DNA from: Paecilomyces variotii
Lineage: Eukaryota
Assembly (NCBI GenBank): GCA_004022145.1
Contig: RCNU01000004.1
Length of the DNA stretch: 64,000 nt
Reading direction: 5' to 3' (one strand)
The notes beneath the pieces were generated by a model. The model made no database searches, was not told where the DNA came from, and saw only the letters and a program-made list of their open reading frames with translations. Positions within the stretch are counted from its first letter, which is position 1, and every line of letters starts with the position of its first letter. The translations under genes were made by a program, and so were the position numbers. Shown here one piece after another: positions 13,432-26,800 of this stretch.

Positions 13432-13545
13432 ACCGGGTTTCCAGTAGCATAGCGAGACCATCAGATCTCACTTGCCCCCAATTCCTCACGGGCCATACTA
13501 GATCTTCCACCAGTCATCAAATACTGCGAACTCAGGTAACTCTTG
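13432..13545 (-). pseudogene. Decayed remnant of the BtgC GH17 C-terminus
   Basis: Reading on in the same frame past the TAG gives QELPEFAVFDDWWKI*YGP*GIGGK*DLMVSLCYWKPG. This resembles the GH17/BtgC ending FEAFDEPWK...WEDKWGLMD..R.LKPG as I recall it, with three internal stops. Confidence 0.7.
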
Positions 13546-13581
13546 AATCACCAGGTCGGACGTTTCAATATCGACCGTGGT

Positions 13582-14724
13582 CTATGTTGTTTCGCTATCA
13601 CCGCCGTTGACGTCTGTCTTGCTGTCTTTTCGGTTGCCGTAGACACCACCCACGGCACCCCCGACAATGGCTCCAATAATGATGATACCGAGGACAACAC
13701 CGACAATCCATCCTTTCTTTCGGTTTCCATCACCCCGTCCTCGGGCATACTCGCTCTTATAGCCGACTTCAAGCCCGGAAACTTGGCCATATGGTGATCC
13801 GTTGGAAGCGCCAGATCGCTGCGCCTTTTTTCCGAATGCGCCCGCCATGCCTCCTCCTGCCGTGCCATTAGTTTCAGCGGGCAAGGCTTCGCTGGATCGA
13901 AAACCCAGGGGCAGCATCGATTTCCGTTGAGGCGTTCGGAAAATGTCGTCATCGCCATCATCCGCAATCTCCTCGGCGTTGATCATCATCGGGTTGACAG
14001 CGGCACCGTAAGCCGACTGTCTCTGATAAGGACCATCGTACCAGCTTCCTGTACTCGGATATGATGGGTAATGATCGATCAGACTCCGTTGGGAGGGATT
14101 CGTCGTTGGTGTGAGATGCGGCGTGCTACCTGCAGGACTGACATGTCCTGCCGGCATAGCGGCTGCCCCTAGGGGAGAATAATTGGAGGCGTAGGAGTCC
14201 CGTGGTCGTAGCGGTCCGAGCGAATCGTGACTGGGGCAACTGGGTGTTGATGGAACATATGGTGTATCTGATGCTGTGTTGGCGTTGATGTTGGTGTTGA
14301 TGATGGTGTTGTTGTTATTGTTGATGTTGTTGTTTTGGCTTCGTTCGGCCGGCCCAATCCACCGACCGTTCACCGGACTCTGTATCTCTTTCGTGGCCTC
14401 GAGACCACTTTGACGTTCGTTATTGCCAGCGACTCCCAGGGCGATTCCACTGATACCACCGCCTGCAGCTGTGGCCCCCAGGTTGTCCATCCCCGGCGTC
14501 ACCGTCGTGTTTGTCCGCACCGAGGGCGAGTGTGCCAATTGTCGAGCTGACTGCAAGGCTGGCTCGCCGTGAGGAGGCGGTGCAGGAGGCACGGCAGACG
14601 CATTCCCAACGATGGGGGCGGCCGTGAGAGCATCATCGGTCCCCTGGGGCGCTTCAGCGGCCTGGTTGCTCTGGAACCGTTCCTCCCCAGGTTCGAAACT
14701 GAATGACCGGTGGGTACCGGACAT
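13582..14724 (-). CDS. btgC: BtgC-like type II membrane protein, C-terminally truncated (GH17 catalytic domain absent)
   Basis: 380-aa ORF with BtgC-type N-terminal motifs (TPGMDNLG..AAGGGISGIALGVA..NERQSG, INAEEIADDGDD) and TM segment RKKGWIVGVVLGIIIIGAIVGGAVGG. It stops about 18 aa after the TM. A degenerate GH17 C-terminus lies just downstream. Confidence 0.8.
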   Translation of the reverse strand: MSGTHRSFSFEPGEERFQSNQAAEAPQGTDDALTAAPIVGNASAVPPAPPPHGEPALQSARQLAHSPSVRTNTTVTPGMDNLGATAAGGGISGIALGVAGNNERQSGLEATKEIQSPVNGRWIGPAERSQNNNINNNNNTIINTNINANTASDTPYVPSTPSCPSHDSLGPLRPRDSYASNYSPLGAAAMPAGHVSPAGSTPHLTPTTNPSQRSLIDHYPSYPSTGSWYDGPYQRQSAYGAAVNPMMINAEEIADDGDDDIFRTPQRKSMLPLGFRSSEALPAETNGTAGGGMAGAFGKKAQRSGASNGSPYGQVSGLEVGYKSEYARGRGDGNRKKGWIVGVVLGIIIIGAIVGGAVGGVYGNRKDSKTDVNGGDSETT

Positions 14725-17537
14725 GCCTGTTGACGACGACGGCCGAGCGCTTTATTTATCACAAATAATGATTCCGCGGAGGTATGCAAGGCAGGATGAC
14801 AGTCCTTTCTTTTTTCTCCCCTTCGGGAATGCGTGCCTGCAGCGTGGGCTGTCTCATTCAAAAAGGGCTATCTGGATCGCCGATCCGGACGGAGTTCAGC
14901 TCGATGCCACGACGGTGACAGCTCACCTTCAGCGCCCAAATGTGTCGTTGATTGAATCCGCGTTGTGGTCTTATCTAGCTGGGGGGGGGGGGGAAGAGCA
15001 AAAAGAGAATATCCCCTGTTGAAGCGCGAAGTTACACGGTCGGGGACGTAGGAGAGAGTTCAGAAGAAGAAAGGTTGCCGGGTCGACTAGTTTATCAAGC
15101 AGGGACAGTGACTATCAGCTGGCCCTATCTATGGCGAGCGCGAGCAGGAAGGTGTCAGTGCGATTGATGGCGGCTGGAGTGCATCAACCCGATGTGTCTG
15201 TCTGCGACAAATTCCCTGCCACCGTCTTGCTGCCGTGAAGATCGCGTTTCGAAAGAGGTGCGGGGGAAAAACACCACCGGGGGATCCTCGACTCTAGACT
15301 CAAAATGGAGAGGAGAGATGATCGACCCCCAAGAGTAAGTAAGTTAATTACTTCTAGGAATTGGAAAAAGCAGGGAAAAGACTAAAAAAGAAACGAAAGA
15401 AGAAAAAAAAAAAAGAAGAAGGTCCAAAGAAGAGAAGAGAAACGAGTGTTGACGACGAGCTGGGATGGCTTCTCTGCATCCGGCTTTTTTGCCAGGGACG
15501 CGGATGGGGCTGAACCTCAACCAAGCCTTTGTTGGTCTGTGTTTTGCCAGGGAATCGGATAGGAGAAAGATCATAATAATAATAATATGGTAGATAGTTA
15601 TCGCATGGGAGCTATGGCGAGAACTAGTGGCTTAGCTCGTCAGCTAAAGTTAGTAACTGGGAACTGGTGAGTTATTCGCCAGTAACTAAAGTAGTTAGAT
15701 AGATAGTAAGACAAGATATTGTGATCATTATTATTATTATTCCTCTTCGTGGATCTGAAATTCTGAACTGGATTTAGTTATCTGGAAGGAAAAACAAAGC
15801 TTTCTGTCGCACTTTCTCTTTACTAAAATAATAAATTGAAGTATAAATATAAATAAAAATAATAATAATAACAATAATCACAATAAATAAAATATAAATA
15901 AATGCCCAAGGCCGGCGCCTCGCACGTGCCTCAGTCCGCTCCCGGCCGACCGGCTTCGGGTCGCTTCGCTGTGCTTCCTGTGGCTTTTCGGGACCAGAAA
16001 ACCATGCCATGACCATCGCACAGAGACAGGAAAACCTAGGCAAAGCCACTGACCTCAGCCCGCTGCTGGTTGGTATTTATTGGTATATTATTACTAGAAG
16101 GATTATTACATAGGTAACTACTAATTACAGAGTAATTAAATTATGGTACTCTGTGCTACATAGATCTCGACGAATGTACATACATACATACATGCTGGGT
16201 TTCGTCTGTGCTTAGAAGAGGATCTAATAGGATAAGCTTCTTTTTTTTTTCTTATCAGTATGATCATATAACAAGAGAGTATTGTAACTACTCTAGTCTC
16301 TAATTAATCAACCAAGTGTTCTAAGCAAGCAAGTTAGTTGGTTACTCACTGACTGCTATCTTTATCTCATGCAGGACCCCACCACTGCACCAGTCTAACA
16401 GGTTCCACCGCTGTCAAGACTCAAGAGTCAAGAGTAAGAACACACTACTACAATTTTCGCTACTCTAGTCTCTGCACATCCACTTCCCAATTAAGAGTGT
16501 CCAGCAGATTACAGAGCATCAAGTCTGTCTCTTGCCTGTTTTGCGCGTACCATAGGACTGATCGGGTGGCCGAGAGCGGAAATCGTAAACGGCAAGGTAC
16601 TGTATGGTATGTAATACTGTAGATAACTAGAAGAATCTCGAAAACCCCAAAGCAACTGAGTATGGTAAAGACTACAGCTGCAAGTCAGTCAACGAGCCGA
16701 ATTCACCGTCTCTGCATTCACGCTCGCTAGTTACAATCTCACTGATAACACATACACGCCAGCGAAGAGAGACCAGACAACCTGCCCTCTCTCATCGAAT
16801 TCTTTTCTTTTTCAATATCGGCCTTCTCCACACCGAACTTCAACTCGCTTTCTTCCACCAAACCACCCTCCTTCTCTTTCTCGCATAATAATAAATAGTA
16901 ACAACTAAAGAAACAGAGAACCGAAGAGTCCTGTAGTAATCTGACCATTTCGCCCTTGAATCCCGAACAGGTGGTTTCCATCCACCGCTGACTCCCATTC
17001 CATGTACAATGCCATATCCGTCAATGCCATCGATACAAACATGTCCATGCGACCCGAGAAGAACAAGGTGCTGCTATCCCATCCATCACGCCAAAGGAAC
17101 AGACCCATTATGCTGCCTCGCATGTTGGCCTCCCTCGTATATCTCACTCCGGCCCATCAATCCTTCCGAACTTTTGCTGTCTCCAGCCGCATCCTGTCAA
17201 TTTCCCCACCAATAACCCCCCAAAGCCAGAGGGGTCTAATCGCACATGAAAAAAACATCATACAAAATCGAACACAAGAGGGTATAAACGGTAAGGACAG
17301 ATATTGTACATCCAAGTCAATAATAACACGAACTGTAAGGGAAACAATCGGTAAAGACGGAAGAAGTGGTATCTTAAGGGCACCGTGGAATGGTAAAAGG
17401 GGGCCAATAAGGAGAAACAAAGGAGAAGAGGTAAAACAAAAGAAAATTTGGTACACAGTCTCCTGACTTGCGACGGTAGCATGCTCAATTGGCCACAGCC
17501 ATCGACGGGCACTTCAGGAGTACTCCAAAGCCAGGCC

Positions 17538-20500
17538 TCAGCCTTCTACTTCTTCCGCACTGCGTTGAGACGCAGACGTAGCCACCGCAGCCGTTGCCGC
17601 ACTCAGACTAGATTTCTTCCTGGACCGCTCAAGGAATTTCCTCTTCCCGATCCGCGTCTCAAAATGTGGAGCGATGGACGTAGTTTCTTGGCCGGCATTC
17701 AGCATTGTGTTACGCATCTTGTTACGGTAGGCATCAACTATAAGATACCACCGAGTTAGCCTCTGCGCACGGAGGGATGACGGGTGGGAGAAGTCAACCT
17801 ACGGGATCTCTGGAGGAATAATGTCCTTCCCGCAAATACTCTGCTCTGACTCCAGCTCATGCGATACCCAAGGTCATTCAACAGGATCTCCTTGTTGTGC
17901 TTGCTCCTCGACAGCTTTGGAACCGCAATGTCGGTCTCCCCGTCGATGGATGGTGCCGGCACCAACGTCCTTCCCACAGTCGCAGTGCTGCCATCATCAT
18001 CTTCTTCATCGTCATCGTCGAAGTATCTCTTCCCTGGGACGACGCGACCGGGTGGACTCTTCATCTGCACGGGAAAATAGGTCCTCGGATAGACCGAATT
18101 GGACTGACGGTAAGAATCCGGGATCTCGTTCATGTCCACTTGGTCAAGCATGACTTTGACACGGACGCGACAGCCGCGCTGCGAATCATCCACCAGAATA
18201 AACTTTCGACGCTTGCCCTGGGGGAGGTCGCCGAAGAGCGCGGCATTATCTGGATTGCGCTCGTCATCGTCGTTGTCGTCCTCCTCGCGTCTGTTGGAAG
18301 ATGTCGCGATAGTCCCGTGGCGACTAAAGGATCCCATGCTGCTGGCCTGGAGGGGAGGCATTGAAGGCCCACCTGGTGCCCCTGAAGCACTGGCAGAAGG
18401 GGGGTACATTGGGAAACCGTGGAAAATCTGACCAGTCCGGAGGTCTGTCGTCCCATGTCCAGGCGGCTGGTGGCCACTTGTAGCATCAGACGAACGATGA
18501 GTACCGTTCGTATATCCAGTGCCGCCTATATTCCGCGGGATATTAGGGATGTGGAATTAGCCTACGCTTTTGTGGCATCTCGTAAAGGAGGGGCAGGCGC
18601 GCAACAGGGTACCATGTGATATCCAGGAGGGAAACAGGAAAAGAAAACCGAGAAGGGCATGGGAGGTGAAAAACACAAGGAAAAGGAACAAGATAGGACC
18701 CGACTCCGACAAGTAAACACAGATCCCAGCAGACAAATTCCAACCTCATCAGAGGTATCCTTAACCCGTCTTTACAGAACAAATAATACATGGCGATCAT
18801 CACACTCTCCACCATAAAAGTATTGACAAGTCTCAAAACGAAACGCATCACATCTGGTGGAACATACCGCTGACTTCCTCGTTACCTGTGCTCCCATCAT
18901 GGTGAGCGTGGTGATGGTGTAGTTGCCCGCCGCCTAGCGACATAGACCCAGGGGGTGGCCGTGGTCCTGGCGCTGTAAGGCCAGGTCCAGGAACTCCTGG
19001 AAGAGCGCTAGTTGGGGCAGCAATATGGCTAGGCTGCGGCGATTGAACAGTTTGCCTCCTGTTTATCTTTGCCAACCTCCTCACTCGGCGACTGCGAAGT
19101 CGAGGGTCTTGATTGCTATTTCTCCAACTGTCGACCGCTCGTTGGATCAATCCTCGTTTACCTCGCAGTGGGGGGTTCAGCTCGGCCAGCGCCCATCCAA
19201 CGGCATTGCATTCGGTCTCGTAGACCAATCGGTTGCCTCTGTACTGGTCCTTGCTGCAGCAAGCTCGAGGATAGACGCAGTTCTCTGTCTTGAACTCTTG
19301 ACTAAGATTGTCCACGTTCACAGATTCTACGTCACAGCGGATGGTATATTCCATCTTGACGCGGTCACGTGAATACTCAAAGGCAATCCACTGCACTCCA
19401 TTGCTATCCTGTCGCACAACAAGGGGAGTCGTGGCTGGGATCGGGCCTGGTGCCGCATTGGGATTCGCCGCTGCAGCTCCGTTTGCATGTACGTTGTTCT
19501 GAGGAACTTGTCCCGTCGCGGGCGTCGAGTGAGGCGGGTTGATGGGCGTCCTTTGAGGCGGCGTAGCCTGAGACGGTATAGAGTCCAGTTTCAGTTGCTG
19601 CGGGCTGTTGGTGGTCATAGCAGCTGGATGTCCCTGTGGCTGCGGGTGCATTTGAGCAGCGCCTGTCTGATGCGGGATCATCAGCGACTGCGATGTGAGG
19701 GCATGCTGTTGAGACGCCGGGTGTGGTGCATAAGGCGACGGGTGCACCGAGTTCATCGAGGAATACGGCTGATAACCATACATCTGCGAGGGCATTTGCG
19801 GCGATTGCGTATACAAATTCCTTCCATGCTGATCGTGTGTTTGTGACGCCACGGATGCCGGGGAGTTAGACTGGGGTGTATGGTAGATTGGAGGATAGGG
19901 CCTCTGCATTTGTGCGGTAGCTGCCATCAGATCAGGAGGCCCTAGAGCGCGTCAGTACCTGCAACCCAAGTATCAGATCCCTAATATTCCTCCATCCAAA
20001 GGAAGTTAAGCAATATAACCAGCGCATCTACATGCCTCGCAACAAGGCGTCTGCCCAACTCAACACTTTCCATGCTACCCTGCCATTTTTGAGTATCAGA
20101 AAGAGCAAACTTACCGCTTGAGGGGTATTGTCCAGGAGCGCTTGTCGAGGTATAGTGACTAGGATGCGTAGTATAATAGGTTGGTTCTTGCGTAGGTTGT
20201 CCGTATGGAGTTTGATGTTGCAACGGTACACCGTTCCCTAGACCATGCGCAGTCGCATATGTTCCCGACGGTATGGAGCTATTTGGTTGATGCGGAGAGT
20301 TCGGTCGTTGCTTCTGGTGTTGCGCAAGACTTGTCGGTCTAGGATGTTGCAGAGCGTGATGCGGGGGAATTTGATGGCCCGAGTTCTGGCGACGAAGCTA
20401 TAGATGGACGGACATTGTCAGCCTCAAGACCAATCCACATACTGTTCACTGATTATGGCCGATTGATATCCATGTGAAGGGGAAATGACTGAAAATGTTT

Positions 20501-21198
20501 TATGGCAAATAGAATCTCTCAAAAGGAAATAGTTAAAAAAAGTCTGTGTCCTGGCAGCCCCTTTCAAACAATTGTGCATGAAAATCAGCACAAAGTGCCT
20601 GATATGGACCAGAAGAACAGTAATTTAGGTAACGCCCAATTTGTTCCCCAGTCATCATAGGTAATATTTTTTTTTCAGGTTCATTCCGCTGGCGAATCCG
20701 ATGTAAGTTCAAGGGAGACAGACTCTCCCCAGAAAGAGAAACCGCTGTGGTCCTTTTCGGAGAGAAACAAGTGCTGAAATAGCAATAGATCCAATTATAT
20801 CTAAAGGGTGCGCCCCAACGGCCCAATCGAGAGCGTAGAATAAGCGACGGCAACAGGGGTATCTCCGAAGATGTCATTGTCTGTACTCGCACCGTGCTCA
20901 TGGAACAGGTCACGATGCAACGACACTCTTGAAGGAGGGAGGAACGTTGTACAGGAGAGTGGTGGCCTCTCCGTGCTGATGGCTCGTATACACCTGGACT
21001 GGATCTGCACGTGGAACCTCCAATTGCGTTTCATGCACCATATATGCAGAATACATGGCCTTGAAAGCGCGGATTCCAAAGGACAGATGTGCGATTCGCC
21101 GTGGCAGTGACCAACAGAAGGCAGTCGATTCGACTCCGGGCCTCTTATGGCCCCCATACCTCAGTCAAATCCAACCCAGGTGACACCAGCGCGCACAT
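17538..21198 (-). CDS. Conserved uncharacterised fungal protein, Q/P/H-rich, with two related domains (DUF8032-like); start codon uncertain
   Basis: Exons 20397-20115, 19941-18868, 18525-17803 and 17737-17538 are phase-consistent. Tentative first exon 21198-21160 (MCALVSPGLDLTE|GTATGG); the alternative start is ATG 19927. Domain 1: WIAFEYSRDRVKMEYTIRCDVE...IQRAVDSWRN. Domain 2: KFILVDD...RVRVKV...LQRS|LDAYRN. Confidence 0.8.
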
Positions 21199-23796
21199 AA
21201 ACCAGAGGCTTGTGAATGGGCTTTCAATGGGCTTCTTGTAGCACAGGACGAACAGGCAACCGGTAAATCATACGAAGATACCGGCCACTGACAATGATGC
21301 AAGATCAAGCGCTGACTGTATGGAAGCTCAAAAGGACAATTCTCAAGAAGAACTGTGTAAAAGAAGACATTGTACTGAGCAAGCTGCCGGGGTATTGTTC
21401 GTGGTCGTGTTGAAGCAGGGGCAACAGTGGCAGGGACAAGGGCACAACATACGCAACACGCGAAGATTGTGACGCGCAAAAAAGAGAAAAAAACAATAAA
21501 CGAATAGAAACAATACCAAAGTAATTCTCGTCAACAACCAAGAGATCGACGTAAATATAACATATGATATATGCTATACTCTGTGCCTTTCTTGACTGGT
21601 GGTTCGGTATTGTTGGTCTTGAATGGTTTTGGGGGGCGGTGTTCGTAGCAACGCGGAGGATGGGGCGAACGTGCTCTTTTCCAACAACGGACGATCAAAG
21701 GCAATAGATAATAATAATGGCACTTACAGGATCGTCGGCCGAGTCATCCTTATACTTGGCAGTTGGGGGAGGACCCAGATCGGTCTGGACCATTGCGGTC
21801 ATGACTGCTGGACAGCAATTTGGTTCTCTTGATTGACAGAATCGCGAGAGCCTTTCAAAGGCCCTTCGGATACCACGAATGGCCCGGAAGTAGTAAACGT
21901 CTTTTTGCTTGATAGAAGAAAGCTCGAGCACCTGTGACGGGGCTCGAGGGAGTGGCAACGCTCACGCCAGGAGGCTAAGCGGGTTCAATGCCCGCGAGAG
22001 GCTGAGACGACTAGGAAAAGCTCGACGACTAGCAGAGAGTGGAAGCTAGGCATTGGGGGTGAGCCCTGGAAGAGGGGTAGGGGAAGCTTCGGATGGGGCG
22101 TGATGGTTGACGGTGCGATGCGAGTGCCAGTGGAGGGTCCAGGGTAGTTATTTAGGTGTTCAAAGACCCAGCGACAGGCTTGATGCCCGCTTGAAGAAGA
22201 TACCAGCAACGCGAACCCGATGCGGATGGCGGCGATTGGAAATTATTGGGACAGGAGGACGGCAGGCAAGCAACGAGAATGCTAGGAGGGAGTCGCAGAC
22301 CGGTGGGGTTATTCCAGAGGGAACTTGTAACTAGCGGGAGAAGTAGTGTAATATTGACAAGGATCCGAAATGGATGGTAGGATGCAGCATGCACGACGGG
22401 GGGACTGGACTCGAGAAATGAAGACAGCTGCGGCGGAATGAACGCCAGAAAAAGATGATGTGCAGCGTGCAGCGCGACGGTGCGTGGAAAGGAGAGACGA
22501 GAGGCGTTCAGGACCTTCAGGTCGACTGAGTTGCGTCCTGATGGATTTGACCAGACCAGCACCGACCAGGGCCGTTGAACTAGTGGAGGATAGCAGACGG
22601 ATGAAGATTTCGGTCAGATCGTCCACCAGAGAAGGGGATCAGGAAACGAAGGGGCATCAAAGACGTTAGACAGGGAAGACCGTTGGATTATGATAGATAG
22701 TTCGATCGAGACATTTACAAGGGCCACGGAGAGTTCAGGAACGTTTGCTGAATGAATAATAATAATAATGTCTGCGACAGGTCCAAGAAAGTCTCTTTGG
22801 ACTAAGTCCGGAGTAGAGCTCCAGAAGACGACTTTGCACTAGACACAGGCCTCCACTATGAGTTTTAGTAGTTAGTAGTATCAAATTACGCTTCCAGACC
22901 ACGCGGCAGACTTGGTATTATTATTAACTGTCTCGTGCTGGTGTGTGTGTCTATTAGGAACGGCTGCTGTCATCGAAGCTGTTGGGAAGCATTCTTGACC
23001 TTTCTCACGCAACCAACACCTACTTACTAACTAGGTGGGAATCGTTTAACAGGACAGATTGGACCGTCTTGTTGAGCTATCCCCTCGAAGTGTTCACGAT
23101 GGTATTACCAACTTACTACAGAAGATGCTAACTAATTACCCTTTGGGGAAACGATGGAGGTGGTGGATGTCGTCTTTTGCTCCTCCTCCTCCTCTCCCTC
23201 TCCCCCCCCTTTTTTTTCTGGAACAGTCCGTTGCTGCATCACTGGCTCGATGGATATCGGGATCTGGATCTTGATAGATAAAGAATGACCATCGTGCAGG
23301 TGGTTGTTGACATCTGACGGGGGGTATTATTATTATTCTTTGCCCAGGAGATTTTTGTATGTGTACCATAGCTCGGTCGATACGGCGCCATGCCCTGACA
23401 GCTCGCGGCCTCCACTTGATCCGTGAGCCCCGTCGTTCCGTATCGACCATGATCGTCCATCCTGCCACCATCGGCCGCCCACCTCGCATGGGCAATGCTC
23501 CAATGGCCAAATTCTCCCATCCGGGTATGTTGCCGGAACGAAGTCCAGACGAGCGATCTGACTGCAACTGTCAGCCTTGTTTCCACGGGCGCCACACGCC
23601 CCGAAAAGACGACATTATTGAGGGCATTGAGCGCGCGTCGTATGGGGCTTCACCACTGCGCTCCACCAACCACGCCCAGAACGCCAGAGAACCCCCCGAC
23701 CGTCACCCTACCCACCCTCCTTAGCCCCGTTAAATAAACTCGAAACAGCCTAAACGGCCTGACCGTGTGCTGCTTTTCCCCCCTCGAACGTCCGTG

Positions 23797-23820
23797 TAAC
23801 TAACTAACTAACTAACTAAC
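23797..23820. repeat. (TAAC)6 microsatellite
   Basis: Six perfect TAAC units read directly. Confidence 0.9.
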
Positions 23821-26800
23821 CCCAGCCCATGAGAGCGCAGCGGCTGATCGATCGCGGTGATCCCCTCTGGCCGCCGCCGCGACGGACATTGGCCCCTCTT
23901 TTCTCTCAGCGCTGGCCAGTAGCCGTCTAGCGGCCCAATCGCAACGCACATCCGCCTTCCGCGATCGAGGCTTTCGGGTGGTTCCAATCCCATCAGACGT
24001 TGAAGCCGTGGACGAGCGAGCTGATTCCCCACCGCCGCCCCTGTGCCATGCAGACATTGGCTTTCCGTGGTTTCTTGGCGTTGGATGCTGATAGTCCTCG
24101 AAGAAAGACCGAACAGCAGCAAGTTGAACAGAATAATAATACTAGATACCAGAATCATCTTGCCAGAGCTTAACGAGGCATCTGTCGTCATATGGCGCCC
24201 TATGTCTGGAGATTATGATTCGGCGTACTCCGTATAGTCCAAGTGGTAACACACGAGTTCTTCCGCAATCGAAACAGATCACCCATCACAGCCTCAGGAC
24301 GGACATCCAGGCACCTGTCAGGGGAGGGAAAAAGGGAGAACGTCCAAGCACGCGGCGCATATCTGCAACGCGTATCTGCAATACAGAGGCTGCATCTCTC
24401 CCATAATTACTACTCTCTCCCATCTGGACTTGAACACCCCTAGTAGGACAAAAAAAAAAAAAAAAAACAAGCAGCCGGCTCCGAGCTGCGCCGCAATAAT
24501 CCCACGGATTCCGGAGGCGGCATGAATCGCAACTTGGGAGCTGCAAGAAGCATCGACGGTGGATGGAGGAATTCCAGAATCGGGTTAGCTCTCCGGTCTA
24601 GTCGAGGAGGACGTCGCACCGTTGGCATCAGCCCGTCCGGTCCCAATTTCCCGCCATGCGTGTGGCGCCCTCGCGATTGGTGGTGTCACACCCCCGGCAG
24701 GCAACCACAGTGATCGATGCAGGGCGCGCAGCACCGTCTATCGCTCGTTCGAAGCTTCTCTAACCCTCGACAGTGCTCCGCCATCTGCTTCGATTGCATC
24801 GATGTTCCATGGACGGGATAGCACGGAGGAGAACAGCCCGTTGCGAAGGTATCCCACTGCGGCCACACCGCGAATCAGAAAACTGCATCGTTCGAGACGA
24901 TGTCCTGCGTACGATATGATATTATGGCATGCTTAGTTAGTTATTTTATTGAGAGCAGATGAGAAAACGGAAACTCTCGGGTTGGGTGCTTCTTGATTGG
25001 CCGTCCAGTCAAGACAGATTGGCCTTTGAGTCTTTGACAATAATAATAATAACGTCCCCTGTTCGGTGCTCCCGCAACAGCGCTCCTGCGCGGCTCCCGC
25101 TGCCTCCCGAACAAGGATTATTGGGCAAGTCACAGGGGCGATTGGCTTTTAGGCTCAGATAAGCTGGACTATCGAGTATACTAATCTGAGCTGGCATGGC
25201 ATGGCATCATCCATCTGGGATTCGAAGATCTCCACAAGATTGTTCCTACGCGCCTACTCCGTACAATCAAGGTTGAAAGCGATTTACCCTGAATGGAGTA
25301 ATCGATAAATGGTGAGTTTGGAGAAAATGCCCGAAGACTCGGTACACAGGGATTGCGTGACTTCCGGACGAATATCGTATGGGCAGCATGCTGTGCCTGT
25401 TATGTGTCGGACCTCCTGGCGAGAAAACAGGTCAATCGGCCAAAGGCTTGTGATTCACAGTGCATGATGCTAGTTCTCCAGTGATTAATAATGGCAACAA
25501 ACCGTCGCATCTGTGCCGTTATCAATCTTCATGGTGAAGTAACTGGAGATCGGTTGTTTTGATTCAGTTCAGGTCAGTTCAGTTCAGGTTCGCTGCCAGG
25601 CACGGACATGGGCTCTAAAGCTTGGAGGGATCCGGGGCGCCGCAGGATACAGGGTTATGCCTCTTGATCGAGCTTTCCACCCCGGAATCACCCCTGAACT
25701 TTGAGCGTTGACAACTTGAAGACAAGCGTGATGACCCTGGCTAGGACATGATCCGCGACATGGAATCTAAGTACGGAGTACGGAGTGCACCTGGCCAAAC
25801 TCGGATCTACGTACGGAGTAGTGGAGTTAGATTTGTGCTTAGCACATGTTCATTGAAATTCAGTAAGACTTAAGAACGCTTTCTGAGCCTCATAGCTCTC
25901 TTCAAACAACAGTCCGTCCTTCTGCGTCATTTATCGAAGCCACCGCGCTGGTCCAGTCTTTCTACGTCCGTAAAATGTGGGTAGGTATTACAGTAGCAGT
26001 TCCGGAGCGTTGATGGATGCGAAACATAACCAGCAATTTGAATGGCCTTCCATTCAGTGTCGATGCAACTGCGACCGGCTACTAGGCGCATCTCAATAAC
26101 ACGAGCCTGTCCACCGCCAACCACGATTTAGCGAATTGAGTTGATGAGATGAAAGAACTCCTTTCCAACTGGCAACGACGGATATGCATACGGCTACGCA
26201 CATACAAAGGACAGAACAGTCAGCACTATCATTTCTAAAGTGATCAAACCGATTTGGGGGTGGGTATTATTTGGCTCCGCTCAAACCCCACTTTCTCAGA
26301 ACCTGCTCTAGAGTACGGAGTAGGGTAGCAACACCAGCGTATTCTGGTATCACTCGGATCCATGGATCAAGTGCTAGATGCACCGGAAGAGGGAACGGAA
26401 CAGCTAACAATGCTGGTCCCAAGCCTCGAGCTTACAAAGGCGTCTATTCCAGAGCAATCAACCCTACCGACCAGATGTCGCTAGCATAAATAATAGAGAA
26501 GCCTTGAATCTGAAAGGCCCAACAGCAGTGACAAACTGACCACCACGACCGTATGTGCGTCTAGTCTCGGGCTATGCGATCTTTCCAGGAAGAACTCCGC
26601 TGCAGAAGGCTGTTGTTATCTGGGGGCAATCTCATCGAAAAAAGAAATGTTCAGTGGATCATCCTGCGACCCCTCCTCCTCCAGAAGCCATCCATGACCT
26701 AGCTGGGCTTGTCCGAGTGGATAAACCTGGAGTCATAAGTTCCCAGCGGGACGTCTGTGCTCTCTCACGGCAGAGAGCTATACCCAAGGCAGACGGAGCG

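Noticed and set aside
18710-18805. C-box (GTGATGA) and D-box (CTGA) on the minus strand within the long intron
   Set aside because: No terminal stem and no convincing rRNA guide; insufficient for a snoRNA call.
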